From NCBI GenBank assembly GCA_039933675.1, contig JBDTNS010000001.1:1-27718 (forward strand): DNA of 27,718 bases. The letters are read 5' to 3'. Of this stretch, positions 7,259 to 16,467 are shown one piece after another; the stretch's first letter is position 1; every line of letters starts with the position of its first letter. The notes under the pieces were generated by a model. It saw only the letters and a program-made list of their open reading frames with translations. It searched no databases and was not told the origin of the DNA. Source of the DNA: Chloroflexota bacterium. GTDB taxonomy: Bacteria > Chloroflexota > Limnocylindria > Limnocylindrales > CSP1-4. The position numbers and the translations under genes are program-made.

Positions 7259-8257
7259 TCAGGCGTTCTCGCGGCGGTGCGTCTCGGCGAGGGCGTCGAT
7301 CTCGAATGGTCCGAGCTGACCGGGTGCGGCCTCCGCGACCCGCGCCTTCGTCACTGCGCGAAGCGTCGCGGTGCGGACCCCGCCCTCGAGTGCAGCTCGC
7401 TCGCCAACCACCGCGCCCGGGCCGATCTCGGCGATGAGCTCGCCATCCACATCGACTACGAAGATCCCGTCGAGGATCAGGTAGACCTGGGTCGCCGCCT
7501 CGCCCTGGGTCGTCAGCGTCCCGCCGGGGGCGAGCTCGCGGATGGCAGGCTTGGCACCGTGGCGCATGATCTGCGACGACATCGCCCGCTCGAGCTCGGA
7601 CTCGACCGCGGCGACGACCGCCGGCGAGTCCACGTCGCCCCACGGCGTGTGGTCGCCAAAGGCCGCGCCGGCCCATTTGCTGAAATCGACCACGCCCGAC
7701 TTCTCGACCAGGACCCCGTCATTGTCGTAGATCCAGTGGCGCGGGAACGGGCTGGCGCCGATCAATCGGTGCTCCGAGGAGCCGTCCGCATGGATCGTGA
7801 GCTCGAGCGTTGTCCACGCCAGGGACGGCCAGAACTGGACGAACGGTTTGCGGCTAACCGGCCGCGGCGTCGGGATGCCCATCCGGCCGCCGACAGTCTG
7901 GACGAACCGGACCGATGTCGATCCAACCTCGGGCGCCTTCTGGATGTCGGGCATGCGCAACGCCGGGAAGCGGATGGCCGCCGGCCCAACGCGGACGGTC
8001 GTGGCGCCAATATGGCCGCCACCGAGATAGCCGTGGCCGATGATCTGGCCGTCCTTGACATCGATGAACGCGCGCAACTCGTTCGCCTCGCGGAAACGGT
8101 CCGACTTGCGGAGCTCCTCGAGGTTGACCAGCCGATCGGGCGGCGGCTGGTCGTAGTGGGTCACGCCCATCTCGAACGGGATCTTCGACAGTCCCGCGAT
8201 CGCCTCCGACGGGATCCAGGACACGGCGGTCACGCTCGATTCAAAGACCTGCGCCAC
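7259..8257 (-). CDS. Cyclic nucleotide-binding domain protein with uncharacterised N-terminal domain
   Basis: C-terminal CNB pattern LTTQGE...VYLILDG...EIGPGAVVGERAALEGGVRTATLRA. GTG 8257 is preferred over ATG 8263 on SD spacing. Confidence 0.85.
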   Translation of the reverse strand: MAQVFESSVTAVSWIPSEAIAGLSKIPFEMGVTHYDQPPPDRLVNLEELRKSDRFREANELRAFIDVKDGQIIGHGYLGGGHIGATTVRVGPAAIRFPALRMPDIQKAPEVGSTSVRFVQTVGGRMGIPTPRPVSRKPFVQFWPSLAWTTLELTIHADGSSEHRLIGASPFPRHWIYDNDGVLVEKSGVVDFSKWAGAAFGDHTPWGDVDSPAVVAAVESELERAMSSQIMRHGAKPAIRELAPGGTLTTQGEAATQVYLILDGIFVVDVDGELIAEIGPGAVVGERAALEGGVRTATLRAVTKARVAEAAPGQLGPFEIDALAETHRRENA

Positions 8258-8361
8258 GGCCATCTCCCTGACTAGCGGTGTTCCCCTGCGACGACATCAT
8301 GCCCTTCCCGCCAAGCCAGTTCCAGCGCCTCCAGCAACACGGCCGCGCTGCACCGGAACTA

Positions 8362-9237
8362 TCAGGCCTCGGTGAGGACCTCGCGGAGCTTCGCGGCGAA
8401 CGCATCGGGGTCGCCCGCCTGGCCGTACTCGCCACCGAGGAAGCCGCCGTGGTCGCTCGGGAAGGGGACGGCGTCCGTGCCCAGCCGTGCGGCAACGGCG
8501 TGCGCGCCCCGGTTCGCCATCTGACCCTCGGACTGGACGCCGGCACCCACCACGATGCGCGTCGAGGCCGCCCGGAGCGCGTCGAAATCGGGCTCGTAAT
8601 GGGTGGACGAGATGAGGTTCTGGCCGAGCAGCGCATCGTTACGGTTGCCGTCGTCCTCGGCCGGTATCCCGAATATCGCGGGATCGGGTGCCGTCTGGCT
8701 GGCATCGTCAGGGCCGAATGCGCCCTGGTGGCTCACGGCCGCGATGAAGGCCGCCATGCCGGCGCCGAAACCGCGCTGCTGGTAAGCGTCATGAATGCCA
8801 CGAACCGCGGCAAGCGCGCCCTCACGATCGGGCAGGATCGTAGCGATGGGCGGCTCGTGCGCGACCAAGGAGAGGACGTCTCCGGGGTGCGCCGCAACGA
8901 GTGCGAGCGCGTTGACGGCACCGCCGCTGCTGGCAAACAGGTCGACGGGTCCCGCGCCGAGCTCGGCAATGATCCGATGAATGTCGTCGGCATGCTGCTG
9001 CGGCGTCGACTCGGTGGACGGATCGTCCTTGACGCTGCGCTCGACGCCGCGCGGGTCGTAGGTCACGACTGTCCGGTCCGCGAAATGGCCGGCAAGGGTG
9101 CCAAACCCGCCCGCGCCCATCGGCGATCCAACGATGACCAGGACCGGGGCAGGAGAGTCCACCGCCCGGACGTCGTAGGTCAACGTGGCGCCGGGGACGG
9201 CCAGTGTGTGGGTCGTCGGCTCGGTCATCGTGGTCAT
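8362..9237 (-). CDS. Alpha/beta hydrolase
   Basis: TYDPRG, nucleophile elbow FASSGGA, LVAHEPP, DHGGF; overlaps the upstream stop codon (ATGA). Confidence 0.9.
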   Translation of the reverse strand: MTTMTEPTTHTLAVPGATLTYDVRAVDSPAPVLVIVGSPMGAGGFGTLAGHFADRTVVTYDPRGVERSVKDDPSTESTPQQHADDIHRIIAELGAGPVDLFASSGGAVNALALVAAHPGDVLSLVAHEPPIATILPDREGALAAVRGIHDAYQQRGFGAGMAAFIAAVSHQGAFGPDDASQTAPDPAIFGIPAEDDGNRNDALLGQNLISSTHYEPDFDALRAASTRIVVGAGVQSEGQMANRGAHAVAARLGTDAVPFPSDHGGFLGGEYGQAGDPDAFAAKLREVLTEA

Positions 9238-9734
9238 GCGGCGGCTCCTTCAATGAGGATGGCGTCGATCTGGCCGACCGCCGCGGTGAGGCCGTCTTCC
9301 ATACCCATCCCAAGGAACAGCTCCATGGCGGCCGTGCTCGGGAAGTGGCTTTCAATGGACATCCGCGTCCGGCCGGCGGCGATCGGCTGAATAGTCACGC
9401 GCCCTTCGTTGCGTGGGAAGGCGTCGTCCGGCGTACCGTCTTCGTGGGCGAACCCATCGATGAAGACGAGGCGGCGCGGTGGCTCCGCCTCGACGACATC
9501 CCAGTAGCCGTGCGGCTGGTCGCCCTCCGGCCCGGTCATGTGGTAGTCGACGTGGCCGCCCGGAACCAGGTTGTGGGTCGTGAAGGTGGCCGGGTAGGTG
9601 GGCGGACCCCACCAGCGCTCGAGCTGGCGCGGATCGGCCCACAGGTCCCAGACGCGCTCCGGCGAGGCGTCGAACTCGGCGATGAGGGTCATGGTCAGGG
9701 CCTCGGAGTCCTTGTTGACGGCTGTCACGGTCAT
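9234..9734 (-). CDS. SRPBCC/AHSA1 domain protein
   Basis: EFDASPERVWDLWADPRQLERWWGP...GMEDG; start ATG 9734 overlaps the ArsR stop codon. Confidence 0.9.
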   Translation of the reverse strand: MTVTAVNKDSEALTMTLIAEFDASPERVWDLWADPRQLERWWGPPTYPATFTTHNLVPGGHVDYHMTGPEGDQPHGYWDVVEAEPPRRLVFIDGFAHEDGTPDDAFPRNEGRVTIQPIAAGRTRMSIESHFPSTAAMELFLGMGMEDGLTAAVGQIDAILIEGAAA

Positions 9735-10066
9735 GCGCGAATCTCCCTGCTGTTGGCGATGAGGTCCGTCATGCGATCGATCCGACCGCGCCACAGCGCC
9801 TCGTACTGATCGAGCAGGCCGCGCGCCAGACGCAGACCTTCGATGTTGGTGCGCACGACCTTGCGGCGACCGTTGCGCTGCTTGGTAATCAGGCCGGCCC
9901 GTTCGAGCACTGCGACGTGCTTCTGCACCGCGGCGAAACTCATCGGATAGTGCCCAGCCAGTTCGGCGACGCCCTCCTGACCCGTCAGCGCGCGCAGGAC
10001 GATGTCACGTCGGGTGGCATCCGCCAGCGCGGCGAAGATGTGGTCGGGCTCGAAGGCTGGCTGCAT
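9731..10066 (-). CDS. ArsR/SmtB family transcriptional regulator
   Basis: IFAALADATRRDIV...SFAAVQKHVAVLERAGLI; start 10066 lies 7 nt after the -10 box, consistent with a leaderless mRNA. Confidence 0.9.
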   Translation of the reverse strand: MQPAFEPDHIFAALADATRRDIVLRALTGQEGVAELAGHYPMSFAAVQKHVAVLERAGLITKQRNGRRKVVRTNIEGLRLARGLLDQYEALWRGRIDRMTDLIANSREIRA

Positions 10067-10069
10067 CGG

Positions 10070-10102
10070 TACAACCATATGGTTGTATGGCGCGAGTGTC
10101 AA
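10070..10102 (-). promoter_or_regulatory. Sigma70-type promoter with overlapping 18-bp perfect palindrome (probable ArsR operator)
   Basis: Minus strand TTGACA (10102-10097)-N17-TATGGT (10079-10074); palindrome TACAACCATATGGTTGTA at 10070-10087. Confidence 0.85.
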
Positions 10103-10136
10103 GGCCTACTGCCAATCTGACTCGTGGAGGGCTGCG

Positions 10137-10608
10137 ATGGATCGGGACGACCCTGCATATCGGGGACAGAGCGACTTACCGCCGGGCACTGTTGCGGCTA
10201 TGCGATCCGCTCGTCCTGGGACCGATCGCTCGGTTCGTGTGGCGCCTTCCGACCGCCAAGCACGTCCGGCTGTACCAGGAGCACATCCGACCGAATCAAC
10301 TCGACGTCGGCCCGGGAACCGGGTACTTCCTGGAGCATGCCGGCCTGCCAGACGGCAGCCTGGTGACCATCCTCGACGCGAACCCAAACGTGCTCCGCCA
10401 TGCCGCCGGCCGGCTGCGGCCCTTGGACGTGACGTCGATTGAGGCTGACGTCTTGAAGCCGCTCCCAATACTCGGGCCGTTCGACTCGGCCGCGCTTAGC
10501 CTCGTGCTCCATTGCCTCCCCGGGCCGATGGAGCGCAAGGCCCGTGCGGTCGCCAACGTGGCCCGGGTCATGGCCCCCGTCGGCGTCCTGAGCGGCGCCT
10601 CCGTCTGA
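10137..10608 (+). pseudogene. Class I SAM-dependent methyltransferase, frameshifted and 3'-truncated
   Basis: GGAGG then MDRDDPAYRGQSD; an extra T at 10176-10177 shifts the frame; then DPLVLG...LDVGPGTGYFL...FDSAALSLVLHCLPG. It ends at GASV* next to the convergent gene's stop. Confidence 0.75.
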
Positions 10609-10614
10609 CGCTCG

Positions 10615-11085
10615 TTAGCGCGAAATCGGCTCGAGGTCTTCGCGATGCGCGTCGTAGTGACGCGAGGAGTCCCACAGGATCGTCTCGGCAAGCGCCTCCC
10701 CGTCCAGCCAGGGCCAGCGATCGTCGACGAATAGCTCGTCGTCCGTGACAGGCTCGAGCGCAGTCAGCAGCCGGGCCAATGACTCACCGAATGCCTGCCG
10801 CGTGAGCTCCGGTGGATCGTCCAGGTGCTCGCGATGCGTCCGTTCGTTGAACGCGTCGGTGCCGTTCGCGGGATCCGCCTGGTCGTACGGCTGGCGGCCT
10901 GCTCGGAGGCCCTCGATCACGCGCACGGAGTGGTCGTGCCACCAAGCCATATGGGCGAGCAGGTCCTTGCCGGTCCAGTCATCCACGACGGGCTCGAGCA
11001 GCCGTCCGTCAGGGATCTGATCGATCGCACCGGCCATCCGGTGGTGCGCATCCCGGATCGTGCGAATCAGCTCGGTCTTGTCCAC
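10615..11085 (-). CDS. DinB-like / ClbS-DfsB four-helix bundle protein
   Basis: WTGKDLLAHMAWW and RHYDAH His motifs; start GTG 11085 (MDKTELI). Confidence 0.75.
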   Translation of the reverse strand: MDKTELIRTIRDAHHRMAGAIDQIPDGRLLEPVVDDWTGKDLLAHMAWWHDHSVRVIEGLRAGRQPYDQADPANGTDAFNERTHREHLDDPPELTRQAFGESLARLLTALEPVTDDELFVDDRWPWLDGEALAETILWDSSRHYDAHREDLEPISR

Positions 11086-11395
11086 TGTCCGCGAATCGTA
11101 TCGCACGGCGGTCGGCGTGGTGCCGATCCGCACCGGAGAACGTTCGGTCCGAGGGAGTCCAGGTCGGTCCGGTGCGGTTGACGCCTGACCTCCGGACCGG
11201 CTCCCGAGACGATGTGTCCATGGTTTCCCACAGACCCCGAGCCCACGATGGGCGAACGAACCGAAGTCGGGTACAGGCGCAAATGGACGGCGCCAGGCGA
11301 CTGGCGAGCCAGCCGCGCCGTGACGACTTGCCGCTGTAATCGTCTTTGTCGCGACGATGATCCTGGTCGGCGCGACTGCTACCGAGGAATCACTC

Positions 11396-13552
11396 GTGAC
11401 CCCGCGAACCGGGAAAACAGATGGCTTCCGCGCCGACATCGAAGGCATGCGCGGCCTGGCCGTCGTCGTCGTCGTCCTCTACCACGCCGGCCTCTACGGC
11501 CTGCTGACGGCCGCCGTTCCCGGGGGCTTCGTTGGCGTCGACGTGTTCTTCGTCATCTCCGGCTTCCTGATCACGGGCCTGCTGCTTCGCGAGAAGGAAC
11601 GGACCGGAACAATCACGCTGCTCAAGTTCTACGCTCGCCGCGGACGCCGGCTGCTGCCGGCGGCACTGATCGTTCTCCTGGTCACGTTCTTCGCTGCGAT
11701 GAACCTCGTGGCTCCGCTGGACCGTCCGAACGTTGGCCTCGACGGTGCGGCCGCCGCGCTCTCGATCGGAAACGTCCGGTTCGCGATGGCCGCGGGCGAC
11801 TACTTCTCGACGCTGTCCGCCCCATCGCCCTTCCTGCACTTCTGGAGCCTGGCGGTCGAAGAGCAGTTCTACCTCGTCTGGCCGGCCCTGATCCTGCTCG
11901 TCGCCCGCGGCCTCCACGCCCGCCGCAAGGTCATGATCGCCCTCGTCGCGATCGTCGCGATCTCATTCGCCGCGAACCTGTTCATCACTGATGCCGCCGC
12001 CAGCTGGGCCTTTTACTCCCTGCCGACCCGTGCATGGCAGCTGGGCCTCGGGGCCCTGCTCGCCGTCGGTGCGTTGCAGGTCGCCAGGGCGCCCTCGCTC
12101 TTCATCTCCGGCCTCGGCTGGCTCGGCCTCGGCGCCGTGGCGGTCTCCGCCCTGACGTTTGACTCCACGGTCGCCTATCCCGGCATGGCGGCGGTCCTGC
12201 CATCTCTCGGCGCATTGGCGCTGCTCGCCAGTGGCACCGCCCGCCGCGGACCGGGTCGCTTACTCTCGATCGCGCCACTGCGCTTCCTGGGCAAGATCTC
12301 CTACTCGCTCTACCTGGTCCATTGGCCCATCCTGGTACTCGCGCCGTTCGTCCTCGGGCGGGCCCCGGACCCGATCACCGTGGCCGGTCTAGTCGGCCTC
12401 TCCGTCGCCTTCGCCTACGTCTGCTGGGCTGCCATCGAGACCCCGTTCCGGACCCGTCTGCCGCGCCTCAATCTGATGCCCGGGCGGACGGTCTCGATCG
12501 GCCTTGCCTCGATGATCGCGGTCATGCTCCTGGCGGCCGGTCCGTCGATCAGCACTGGCTCGAACGCCAGCATCGCCTCTGCCGCCGACGCGTTGGCGAC
12601 TGCCGAGGCGACCGATGCCGCCGACACCTGGGCCGACGCCGGCGTCGCAGCCACCCCGCACCAAAAGCCCAGCGTGACGATCGACGTAATGCCGACGCCG
12701 ACCGCCGACCAGACGGTGGCGCCGACCGCGGCCCCGATCCGGGACATTGCCAACAGCGGCGCCCTCCCGGCCGGCGTTAAGCCATCCCTGGCCAAGGCTC
12801 GTGCCGACGAAGAGCGTCTGCGCGGCGACGGCTGCCTCGCCTTCGAGGACGTCACGGACCCGGCCAACTGTGTCTACGGCGACAAGTCCTCGAAGTTCAC
12901 CGTCGCCCTTGTCGGCGACTCGCACGCCGCCCAATGGTTCCCCGCGCTCGAGCGGCTCGCCAAGCACGAGGGCTGGGAGATCGTCACCTTCGTCAAGGTC
13001 TCGTGCGCCTTCATCGACATGCCAGTCGCAAACCTGAGCCTCAAGCGCGAGTACCGCGAGTGCGAGGCGTTCGACCAGAACACGCTCGCGCGCCTCAGGC
13101 TGCTCAAGCCCGACCTGACCCTCGTGTCGATGAGCCGGACTGCCCTGCATCCGATGCATTCCTCCGACAACACCGTCACAGCCAAAGCCGCCGCAGTGGC
13201 CAGGATGATCGCGAAGGTCCCCGGCAAGGTCGCGATCATCGTCGATACCCCATATGCCAAGACCGATGTCCCCGCCTGCCTATCGGCCAACACCGGCGCG
13301 GTCGAGGCGTGCGCCATCCCGCGCAAGACTGCCTTTACCCAGGATCTCGGCGACGTCGAGGCCGCCGCAGCCAGGACCAGCGGCGCGGGGTTCATCGACC
13401 TGACCTCGAAGTTCGTGCTCGGTGATGGAGCGGTCCCGGTCGTGATCAACGGCATGATCGTCTACCGGGACGAGTGCCACATGACCGCGACGTTCGCGCG
13501 TTCGCTGGCCCCGGCCCTCGGTCTCCAGATCAGGGCCTTCCTGACGCCATGA
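11396..13552 (+). CDS. Acyltransferase-3 plus SGNH fusion (OafA/OatA-like O-acyltransferase)
   Basis: FRADIEGMRGLAV, GVDVFFVISGFLIT, HFWSLAVEEQFY, multiple TM helices, P/T/A-rich linker, GDSH and RDECH. Start GTG 11396 after GAGGAA. Confidence 0.9.
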   Translation: MTPRTGKTDGFRADIEGMRGLAVVVVVLYHAGLYGLLTAAVPGGFVGVDVFFVISGFLITGLLLREKERTGTITLLKFYARRGRRLLPAALIVLLVTFFAAMNLVAPLDRPNVGLDGAAAALSIGNVRFAMAAGDYFSTLSAPSPFLHFWSLAVEEQFYLVWPALILLVARGLHARRKVMIALVAIVAISFAANLFITDAAASWAFYSLPTRAWQLGLGALLAVGALQVARAPSLFISGLGWLGLGAVAVSALTFDSTVAYPGMAAVLPSLGALALLASGTARRGPGRLLSIAPLRFLGKISYSLYLVHWPILVLAPFVLGRAPDPITVAGLVGLSVAFAYVCWAAIETPFRTRLPRLNLMPGRTVSIGLASMIAVMLLAAGPSISTGSNASIASAADALATAEATDAADTWADAGVAATPHQKPSVTIDVMPTPTADQTVAPTAAPIRDIANSGALPAGVKPSLAKARADEERLRGDGCLAFEDVTDPANCVYGDKSSKFTVALVGDSHAAQWFPALERLAKHEGWEIVTFVKVSCAFIDMPVANLSLKREYRECEAFDQNTLARLRLLKPDLTLVSMSRTALHPMHSSDNTVTAKAAAVARMIAKVPGKVAIIVDTPYAKTDVPACLSANTGAVEACAIPRKTAFTQDLGDVEAAAARTSGAGFIDLTSKFVLGDGAVPVVINGMIVYRDECHMTATFARSLAPALGLQIRAFLTP

Positions 13553-14355
13553 CGGCTCTTCCGCGCCGTCTGCTGTCGCTCGCCGTGACCTCGTTCGTGG
13601 CGATGACCGTCCTCTCGAGCGGCCTTGCCGCGCCGGTCGAAACCGCCACTGCCGCGAGCTATCCGAGCAGTTACGAACGGCTTTGGGGCGACAACTGTCT
13701 GGCCTGGGAGCGCGTCCTCACCCCGAAAACCACGTGCGTCTATGGCGACAGGACGAGCAAGGTCGTCGTGGCCGTCGTGGGCGATTCGCACATCTCGCAC
13801 CTGTTCCCGGCGATCGAACGGATCGCCATCGCCCGACACTGGAAACTGGTGGTCATGGTCAAGGTCTCATGCGGCTTCGTCGACATGCGCATCAGGAACC
13901 TCCATCTCGGGCGCGAGTACTACGAGTGTGCGACCTGGAACAGGAACGTCGTCGCCCGCCTGAACGTCCTGAAGCCGACCCTCACCCTCGTGGCACAGAG
14001 CCGCTACGCCATTCACCAGGTCCTGTCGTCGCAGTCCTCGAACACCGCCAAGGGACAGGCGGAGGGCCGGCTGCTGAAGAAGGTCCCGGGCCAGGTGGCC
14101 CTCATCGTCGACTCGCCCCGCCGGGGACAGTCGAGCGTTGGCGCCATGGGTGCGATCGAGAAAGTCGCCGGTGTCTACAGCGGCGACAGTGTGATCAACC
14201 TGACACCGGACACCTGCTCCCGCTGGCCCTGCCCGTCGTCCGCAGGCGGAATCACGAAGTTCCGAGACACCGAGCATTTCAACGCGGCGTGGTCACGGGC
14301 GATGCTCGGTCGCCCCGGCGGCATCCTCGACCGGGCCATGGACGCGCGTCTGTGA
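13549..14355 (+). CDS. Secreted stand-alone SGNH protein, paralogue of the SGNH domain of the upstream gene
   Basis: ATG overlaps the upstream TGA; signal peptide; CVYGD...VVGDSH...KVSCGF...RDTEH aligns by eye with the C-terminal domain of the upstream protein. Confidence 0.85.
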   Translation: MTALPRRLLSLAVTSFVAMTVLSSGLAAPVETATAASYPSSYERLWGDNCLAWERVLTPKTTCVYGDRTSKVVVAVVGDSHISHLFPAIERIAIARHWKLVVMVKVSCGFVDMRIRNLHLGREYYECATWNRNVVARLNVLKPTLTLVAQSRYAIHQVLSSQSSNTAKGQAEGRLLKKVPGQVALIVDSPRRGQSSVGAMGAIEKVAGVYSGDSVINLTPDTCSRWPCPSSAGGITKFRDTEHFNAAWSRAMLGRPGGILDRAMDARL

Positions 14356-14435
14356 GCGAGCTCACCTAGGACTTCCGTGGACGCGCGGGTACACTGGCGG
14401 CCTGCTGGTGATGGAATCGCTTTGGAGGTCGCCGC

Positions 14436-15329
14436 TTGTCACGGCGCAGGCAACACCGTTGGCGCGGGCAGCTCTTTGCCTTGTTCGGCCTCGCGTCGCT
14501 CTCTGCCTTGGTCGGGCTCGCGCTTCTGGCTGGAGTCTCCGCGTTCGGGCTCGCGACTCCGGTGCCGACCGGCGCGGTCCTCGGCCTCGTCTCCGACCCG
14601 GGGCCGGCCGAGGCGGCGGCGAGCGCGCCAGGTTCGGCGACCGCGCGGGGTTCGGCGACCCTGGGCCCGATCTATGAGGCGGGAACCGCTCTCGTTCCGA
14701 CTCGACCGGCCATCGTCCTCCCGCAGCCGACGGCAGGCGTCGCGGTGCGGGCCGCCAGCCGCACGGCCGTCCCGACCACTGGCACGGCCGTCTTCCTCGG
14801 CGATTCGTACACGACCGGCTACAACGGGGCAGGTCTCGGGGCCCGCGGCTGGCCACGACTGGTCTCTGCGAATCACGGCTGGAAGACGGTCAACCTCGCG
14901 GTGGCCGGAACGGGCTTCATCAATCCCGGCTGGACCGGCCAGGCGGTCGGGACGCAAGTGTCGGCCGCAATCCGCGCCAAGCCGGCCATCGTCTTCATCG
15001 CGGCCGGCCACAACGACTCCCGCTGGTCGGCATCGTCGGTGGCTGCCGCCGCAGACAAGGTCATCGACCGAATCCACGCCGCCCTGCCCGGCACGACGCT
15101 GGTGATCCTGGCTCCGATCTGGCCGACCGGGAGCCCGCCATCTCGCTGCCTGACCCTCCGCGATCACCTGCGCCAGAAAGCGGTGGCCGTTGGCGCGATG
15201 TTCATCGATCCGCTTGCCGAGGGCTGGTTTGCCGGCAGCGCAGAGCGCGAAATCGGCCCGGATGGGATCCATCCCACGGATGCGGGGCATAGCCGGATGG
15301 CGACGTTCGTCTTGCGGCACCTGCGATAG
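14436..15329 (+). CDS. SGNH/GDSL hydrolase with N-terminal membrane anchor
   Basis: GGAGGT 6 nt before TTG; blocks FLGDSYTTG, GTGF, GHND, DGIHP. Confidence 0.85.
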   Translation: MSRRRQHRWRGQLFALFGLASLSALVGLALLAGVSAFGLATPVPTGAVLGLVSDPGPAEAAASAPGSATARGSATLGPIYEAGTALVPTRPAIVLPQPTAGVAVRAASRTAVPTTGTAVFLGDSYTTGYNGAGLGARGWPRLVSANHGWKTVNLAVAGTGFINPGWTGQAVGTQVSAAIRAKPAIVFIAAGHNDSRWSASSVAAAADKVIDRIHAALPGTTLVILAPIWPTGSPPSRCLTLRDHLRQKAVAVGAMFIDPLAEGWFAGSAEREIGPDGIHPTDAGHSRMATFVLRHLR

Positions 15330-15415
15330 CGTCTCGGCGTGGCGGGTCACCCGCGATGCCGACGCGCGAGCTGATCGCGCCTTGACGGGCAGGCGATCGC
15401 GCTGGCGGGCATCCA

Positions 15416-15745
15416 TCAACCGAAGAACCAGAGCTCCTTGAACGGCGTTGTCACGTGCCAAGTCATCGACAGGCCAGCCGGGAACGACGCGATGTCGCCG
15501 GGCCCCATGTCGAGGGGCGGACGGCCTTCGAATTCGATCCTGACCGAGCCCTCGAGCACGTGGACCGTTTCGCGCTGCTGCGGTGTCCATGGGATCGGAC
15601 CGCTCACGTCGAGGATCCGCGTCAACCCGGCCCAGACGCCGTCCGCGTGGACCAGCTCATGCATCTCGGACCCAGGGACCTCGGGATCGTCGCTCCAGTC
15701 ATCCGGCGAGACGGTCGACACGAACACGCCTTCGCTCGATTCCAC
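15416..15745 (-). CDS. Cupin domain protein (DUF861-like)
   Basis: ETVHVLEGSVRI...GPGDIASFPAG...WHVTTPFKE. Confidence 0.8.
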   Translation of the reverse strand: MESSEGVFVSTVSPDDWSDDPEVPGSEMHELVHADGVWAGLTRILDVSGPIPWTPQQRETVHVLEGSVRIEFEGRPPLDMGPGDIASFPAGLSMTWHVTTPFKELWFFG

Positions 15746-15858
15746 GGCTTCTTCCTCTCGTTCCCGTAACCCGACAGATCAGCAGCGTCGAGGATCGCCG
15801 ACCTACCAAACACCTGCAATACCAACGCCGTGGTTGTCCGACCGAGAGCAGGCAGGGG

Positions 15859-15886
15859 TTGCGCGACGCATCGCCGGAGTTATACT
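15859..15886 (+). promoter_or_regulatory. Promoter of the MazEF-like operon
   Basis: TTGCGC-N16-TATACT, with the ATG 6 nt downstream. Confidence 0.65.
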
Positions 15887-15892
15887 TCGGGT

Positions 15893-16129
15893 ATGAAGAC
15901 TGCCGTGTCCGTTCCGGATGACGTGTTCGATCGGGCGGAGGCGCTGGCGCGCAGAGAACGACGATCACGAAGCGATGTCTACAGCGCCGCACTCCGCGAA
16001 TACGTGGCACGACGCGCTCCCGACGACGTGACCGACCAACTCGACCGTGTCATCGCCGAGGTCGGAGGGACCGATGATCCGTTTGTCGGAGCCGTCGCTC
16101 ACCGGATCCTGAGCGCCAGTGAGTGGTGA
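15893..16129 (+). CDS. Ribbon-helix-helix antitoxin (MazE-like partner)
   Basis: MKTAVSVPDDVF...SRSDVYSAALREYV; overlaps the toxin start. Confidence 0.85.
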   Translation: MKTAVSVPDDVFDRAEALARRERRSRSDVYSAALREYVARRAPDDVTDQLDRVIAEVGGTDDPFVGAVAHRILSASEW

Positions 16130-16467
16130 TCTCACAAGGTGAGGTCTGGTGGGCGGATCTCGGCTCGCCGATAGGCTCGGGGCCAGGGTATCGGAGGCCG
16201 GTGCTCATCGTTCAAGGAGACGCGTTCAATCGGAGCGCGCTTGCGACCACGGTTGTCGTGCCACTGAGCAGCAATACCCATTGGGCCGATGCGCCCGGCA
16301 ATGTCCTCCTGACAGCTCGTTCGACACGGCTTGATCGACCTTCTGTCGCCAACGTCTCCCAGATCGTGGCCGTAGATCGAAACCTATTGACCGAGCGCGT
16401 CGGCAAGATCTCCGAGGCGAAGCTCGGCCTCGTCCTCACCGGCATCGACATCGTCCTGGGTCGGTGA
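16123..16467 (+). CDS. mazF: PemK/MazF family endoribonuclease toxin
   Basis: QGEVWWADL...GYRRPVLIVQGDAFN...VVPLSS...SVANVSQIVAVDR. Confidence 0.92.
   Translation: MVISQGEVWWADLGSPIGSGPGYRRPVLIVQGDAFNRSALATTVVVPLSSNTHWADAPGNVLLTARSTRLDRPSVANVSQIVAVDRNLLTERVGKISEAKLGLVLTGIDIVLGR

Noticed and set aside
7277-8275. Long antisense or alternate-frame ORFs (for example 7277-8275, 8278-9390, 14439-15590, 2761-3684)
   Set aside because: They shadow genes with recognisable motifs, are Arg/Pro/Gly-rich and are expected at this GC content.
8275-8355. Protein-like fragment AVLLEALELAWREGHDV on the minus strand between two genes
   Set aside because: Too short, has no start, and I could not assign a family.
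4782-10608. Intact secondary-metabolite gene cluster
   Set aside because: There is no core synthase, and the GMC, SnoaL and methyltransferase genes are all broken and scattered on both strands.
11204-11215. CCGAGACGATGT, also present in inverted orientation near 6981-6992
   Set aside because: A 12-bp match is expected by chance in 27 kb of GC-rich sequence, and there is no shared context.
11240-11300. GGGCGAAC...GGCGCAAA upstream of the acyltransferase, faintly like a c-di-GMP-I riboswitch
   Set aside because: The GNRA-capped stem and the downstream AAAGCC/receptor elements are missing.
14631-14660. GGTTCGGCGACC repeated at an 18-bp period
   Set aside because: It lies inside the low-complexity linker of the GDSL gene (GSATARGSAT) and is a coding repeat only.
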